NCBI GenBank assembly: GCA_028821395.1
Contig: JAPPGP010000141.1
Location: 17,491 to 81,490, forward strand
Reading direction: 5' to 3'
Origin: Defluviicoccus sp.
Lineage (GTDB): Bacteria > Pseudomonadota > Alphaproteobacteria > MPNO01
DNA: 64,000 nucleotides
The position numbers and the translations under genes were made by a program. The notes under the pieces are model-generated. The model was not told where the DNA came from. It worked only from the letters and a program-made list of their open reading frames with translations, and ran no database searches. Below are positions 60,806-64,000 of the stretch, in pieces; within the stretch, counting starts at the first letter, position 1, and every line of letters starts with the position of its first letter.

Positions 60806-62958
60806 ACCCCGATCTCCTCGTTCCCGACGCGACCGGTGGATGCACCGCCTTGCGCGCGGCGGGCGGGACCGACGGCCTCGCGGTCGGCGCTCTGGTCGAC
60901 CCCCACGAGACGCCGACGCCGCTCGCCCGGCGTCTCGACGGCGCCGCCATCCGGGTCCGGGGCTATCTCGCGCCCTCGCTCAGCCCCCGGGCGGGACGCT
61001 TTCTGCTCACCGAGGCCTCGCTTGCGCCCTGCCATCTCTGCGGCAACATCCACGGCGTTGCTGTCGGCCTCGCCGTCGAGCCGTCCGCGCCGATCGCGGC
61101 GGATATCGCGATGCACGAGGCGGTGGAGGTCGCGGGCGTGCTTTCCCTCTCCGCGCCCGAGGCGGACGGCCCGGTGCGCGACTTCGCGCTCCGCGACTGC
61201 ACCGTCGTCCGGCTGCCGCGCCCCGACTCCGCCGCGGGGTCGGAGGCGAAAGCGTGGCTCCGCCGCTTCCTCGACGAGCGCTCCGACCCGGTCGCGCGGA
61301 CCCGCCCGATGCGCCCGGCGCGCCCGGTGACCGGTGCCGGTCCCGCCGACACCGTGCTCACCAACGGCCATATCCGGACCGTCGACCGGCTCTCGACGAC
61401 CGCCGAGGCGGTCGCCATACGCGGCGGCCGCTTCATCGCGGTGGGCGATGCGGATGAGGTCGCGACCCATGCGGGGCCGGATACCGAGATCCTCGACCTG
61501 GCGGGAAGGACCGCGGTGCCGGGGCTGATCGATTCCCACATCCACCAGTTCTATCTCGGCCTCAACCTGCCGACGGTGCAGCTACTCGACGCGCGGTCGG
61601 TCGCCGACGTCCAGGCGCGGATCGCCGAGCGGGCCGCCGCGACGCCGGACGGCGAATGGATCGTCGGCACCTCCGGCTGGCACGAGAGCCTGCTTGCCGA
61701 GGGGCGCATGCCCACCCGCTGGGAGCTCGACGAGGCCGCGCCCGACAACCCGGTGATCGTCCCGCGCGGCGGCCATGTGGTGACCGTCAACTCGAAGGCG
61801 CTGGAACGCGCCGGGATCGCCGACGACACGCCCGATCCGGTCGGCGGCGTGATCGTCCGCGATCCGGCGAGCGGCGCGGCCACTGGCGTGCTGCTCGAGA
61901 GCGCCGCCTATTTCGCCCGCCGCGTGGCGCCCCTGATCCCGCCCGAGGACGAGATGGCGGATCTCCTGAAGGCGGCGATGAAGGAGCTGAATTCCTACGG
62001 AGTCGTCAGCGTGACCGACCCGGTGATCGACGAGACCAGCATGGCGGTCTACCGCCGGCTGCGCGACGAGGACGCGATCACCGTCCGCAGCGAGCTGCTC
62101 TACAAGGCCGCCGACAGGGCGGGCACCGAGCGCGGCATCGCCGCCATGCAGGCAGAGACCGGCGACGACATGCTCTGCTTCCCCGGCATCAAGTTCATGC
62201 TCGACGGCGGCGTCGAGGGGGCGAGGCTCGCCGAGCCCTACCGCATCGTGCCGGGAGAACAGCCGCACGCCGATTACCGTGGCCTGCTGATGACCCCGCC
62301 CGGCGGCGAGGAGGAGTTCGTCGAGTGCCTGAAGCTGGTGGCCGAGGCCGGTATGCAGGCCCAGACCCATGGCGTGGGCGACGAGGCGATCGACGTCATC
62401 ATTCGCTGCTACGCGGCGGTGGCCGAGCAGACCCCCATCGCCGATCTGCGCTGGACTTTGATGCACGTCTTCCTGCCGACAGACGAGGCGATCGAGACCA
62501 TGCGCCGCATCGGCGTGCTGGCGACCGTCCAGGACCATCCCGTCCTGCTCGGCCACAACCAGCGCCGCTGGTGGGGGGACGAGAGGGCGGCGGCGGCGAT
62601 CCCGATCCGCAGGCTGATCGATTCCGGCCTCCTGGTCGGCGGCGGCACCGACGGCCCCGTGGTACCGGTCGATCCGTTCCTGTCGATGTGGTGGATGGTC
62701 ACGCGTGGGACGCTGCTGGGCTATACGCTCGGCGAGGACCAGGCGATCTCCGCCGCCGAGGCGCTTGAGCTCTACACCGTCAACAACGCGCGGATCATGG
62801 GCGTGGAAGACGAGCGCGGCTCGATCGAGCCCGGCAAGCAGGCCGACCTCGCGGTCCTGTCGCAGGACATCGTCGAAATCGAGGCGGACGAGATCCGCAA
62901 TACCCGCGCTTTGCTCACCCTGGTCGGCGGCAAGGTGGTCCATCGCGACGGCATGTGA
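60802..62958 (+). CDS. amidohydrolase-3 (YtcJ-like metal-dependent hydrolase) with a ~180-aa N-terminal extension
   Basis: 718 aa. The ATG at 60802 overlaps the upstream stop (ATGA). From ~aa 180 onward: TVLTNGHIRTVD...VPGLIDSHIHQ...QTHGVGDEAID...GGTDGPV...EPGKQADLAVL, typical of Amidohydro_3. An internal ATG at 61309 could be an alternative start. Confidence 0.8.
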   Translation: MNPDLLVPDATGGCTALRAAGGTDGLAVGALVDPHETPTPLARRLDGAAIRVRGYLAPSLSPRAGRFLLTEASLAPCHLCGNIHGVAVGLAVEPSAPIAADIAMHEAVEVAGVLSLSAPEADGPVRDFALRDCTVVRLPRPDSAAGSEAKAWLRRFLDERSDPVARTRPMRPARPVTGAGPADTVLTNGHIRTVDRLSTTAEAVAIRGGRFIAVGDADEVATHAGPDTEILDLAGRTAVPGLIDSHIHQFYLGLNLPTVQLLDARSVADVQARIAERAAATPDGEWIVGTSGWHESLLAEGRMPTRWELDEAAPDNPVIVPRGGHVVTVNSKALERAGIADDTPDPVGGVIVRDPASGAATGVLLESAAYFARRVAPLIPPEDEMADLLKAAMKELNSYGVVSVTDPVIDETSMAVYRRLRDEDAITVRSELLYKAADRAGTERGIAAMQAETGDDMLCFPGIKFMLDGGVEGARLAEPYRIVPGEQPHADYRGLLMTPPGGEEEFVECLKLVAEAGMQAQTHGVGDEAIDVIIRCYAAVAEQTPIADLRWTLMHVFLPTDEAIETMRRIGVLATVQDHPVLLGHNQRRWWGDERAAAAIPIRRLIDSGLLVGGGTDGPVVPVDPFLSMWWMVTRGTLLGYTLGEDQAISAAEALELYTVNNARIMGVEDERGSIEPGKQADLAVLSQDIVEIEADEIRNTRALLTLVGGKVVHRDGM

Positions 62959-63036
62959 GGCCGTGTGAAGCGGCCCCGCTTGTGCCGGCGGCGGCGGGGT
63001 GGAACACTTGGCCGCCATGCAATCGGGCGCGGACAG

Positions 63037-63834
63037 TTGACGGAGAGCGTCATCGCCTTTCGCGGGGTCGAGGTCGGGTTCGCCGCCGAGACGATCTATG
63101 ACGACCTCAGCTTCGATGTCCGGGAAGGCGAGTTCTTCTGCATTCTCGGCCCGTCGGGCTGCGGCAAGTCGACCTCGCTCAGGGTGATGGGCGATCTGCT
63201 CCGCGCATCCGGCGGCGCCGTCCTGGTGGACGGGCGCCCGCCCGACGAGGCCTGGCAGGAGATCGCCTATATCTTCCAGTCGCCCCGCCTGGTGCCTTGG
63301 CGGGACGCGCTCGGCAACGTCGTGCTCGGCATGGAGCTGCGCTTCGACCGCATGTCGAAGGCCGCGATGGAGGAACGGGCGCGCGACCTGCTCGCCCTGG
63401 TCGGGCTCGCCGCCGACATGCACAAATTTCCGTCGATGCTGTCCGGCGGGGAGCGCCAGCGCGTCGCGATCGCCCGCGCCCTCTCGGTCGATCCGAAGAT
63501 CGTGCTGATGGACGAGCCGTTCTCGGCGCTCGATCTGAACACCCGGCGGCGCCTGCGCGAAGAGATCGTCTCGATCTGGCAGACGACCGGAAAGACCATC
63601 GTGTTCGTCACCCATGACATCGACGAGGCGCTGGTGCTGGCGGACCGGGTATTGCTGCTCTCCAACAAGCCGACCCGCATTCTCGACACCATCGAGATCG
63701 CCGAGGCGAGGCCGCGCACGATCGAGGGCTCCGCCGGTCTCAGGTCGCACAAGGCGCATCTTCACGCGCTCTTCCGCACGCTCGCACCCGAAGCGGCGGA
63801 ACAAGTCGAACACCAGATGGAGGCAAGACCATGA
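63037..63834 (+). CDS. ABC transporter ATP-binding protein (NitT/TauT aliphatic sulfonate/nitrate type)
   Basis: Walker A GPSGCGKST, signature LSGGERQRVAIARAL, Walker B VLMDEPFSALD. The track ORF opens at 62965. A TTG at 63037 gives a typical N-terminus; the start is uncertain. Confidence 0.85.
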   Translation: MTESVIAFRGVEVGFAAETIYDDLSFDVREGEFFCILGPSGCGKSTSLRVMGDLLRASGGAVLVDGRPPDEAWQEIAYIFQSPRLVPWRDALGNVVLGMELRFDRMSKAAMEERARDLLALVGLAADMHKFPSMLSGGERQRVAIARALSVDPKIVLMDEPFSALDLNTRRRLREEIVSIWQTTGKTIVFVTHDIDEALVLADRVLLLSNKPTRILDTIEIAEARPRTIEGSAGLRSHKAHLHALFRTLAPEAAEQVEHQMEARP

Positions 63835-64000
63835 AGCGGTTGCTGCTCGGAACGCTCGCCGCCCTCGCGCTCGGCGCGACGGCGGGGGCCGGGGCGAAGG
63901 AGAAGATCACCTACGCCTATCTGATCGAACCGGCGATGGAGGGCGTGCTCTACGGGATCAAGAGCGGGGTCGTGAAATCCGACACGATCGAGATCGAGAT
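63831..64000 (+). CDS. ABC transporter substrate-binding protein (NMT1/THI5-like), N-terminal fragment running off the right edge
   Basis: The ATG at 63831 overlaps the upstream stop (ATGA). Signal peptide MKRLLLGTLAALALGATAGAGA, then KEKITYAYLIEPAMEGVLYGIKSG. Confidence 0.65.
   Translation, partial: MKRLLLGTLAALALGATAGAGAKEKITYAYLIEPAMEGVLYGIKSGVVKSDTIEIE

Noticed and set aside
60802-62958. Possibility that the 718-aa ORF is two genes joined by a sequencing frameshift.
   Set aside because: There is no stop codon or frame change between the N-terminal extension and the amidohydrolase domain. I kept it as one ORF and flagged the internal ATG at 61309 as an alternative start.
63037-63834. The ABC ATPase at the right edge as the missing ATPase for the SBP-TMD / TMD-PP2C pair.
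   Set aside because: It lies 23 kb away. Its stop overlaps the start of an NMT1-like binding-protein gene (translational coupling), and it has the sequence character of NitT/TauT-type ATPases, a different ABC family from polar-amino-acid importers.

Overview
Very GC-rich, gene-dense chromosomal segment. Gene content and order, for example a secreted DUF3108-like gene followed by glmU and glmS, suggest an alphaproteobacterium (inference only). I support about 58 protein-coding genes, 2 tRNAs (Val-CAC, Arg-CCT), one intrinsic terminator and a few candidate regulatory motifs. I found no rRNA, CRISPR array, transposase, integrase or phage genes. Many long ORFs in the track are Arg/Pro/Gly-rich antisense or out-of-frame shadow ORFs, which is typical of high-GC DNA, and I rejected them.

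Content from left to right:
- 1-2.1 kb: an edge-truncated acyl-CoA dehydrogenase, a quinone oxidoreductase and an orphan antitoxin-like gene.
- 2.3-8.8 kb: a Rieske oxygenase / M14-like deacylase / M28 peptidase operon, divergent from a TRAP transporter.
- 8.9-17.6 kb: a translationally coupled oxidative cluster. It holds an ACAD-fold flavin monooxygenase, an odd Cys-free tandem nitrile-hydratase-alpha/NHLP-like protein, a hydrolase, a rhodanese, an LLM monooxygenase, a lone molybdopterin subunit, a resorcylate-type decarboxylase and a second ACAD-fold monooxygenase.
- 17.6-25.5 kb: housekeeping genes (BASS transporter, tRNA-Val, glmU, glmS, DMT transporter).
- 25.6-32.8 kb: two tandem xanthine-dehydrogenase-family large-subunit paralogs with no FeS or FAD subunits, coupled to a CoA ligase and an epimerase.
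- 33-44 kb: the most interesting locus, described below.
- 44-58 kb: accessory aromatic/amide catabolic genes (ADHs, hydrolases, an ASST-like propeller, amidase, RidA, OCD, M20, Rieske oxygenase, LigAB).
- 58.3-59.5 kb: a lower-GC islet with a DUF3800-like gene.
- 59.5-64 kb: more hydrolases and the start of a NitT/TauT-type ABC transporter.

Best candidate for an undescribed system (about 35.3-44.1 kb): it lies between a type III glutamine synthetase gene and an ammonium transporter gene. It looks like a polar-amino-acid ABC importer without an ATPase. One protein fuses a binding domain to a permease domain. A second fuses a permease domain to a periplasmic domain, HAMP and a PP2C phosphatase. 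Both permease domains appear, by eye, to have degenerate or shortened EAA loops. These sit with an RsbW-like serine kinase and a STAS protein, so a full partner-switching triad is present without any sigma factor. The STAS gene directly follows amt, and no glnK (normally found next to amt) is present. All functional calls come from reading the translations by eye; no database search was run.
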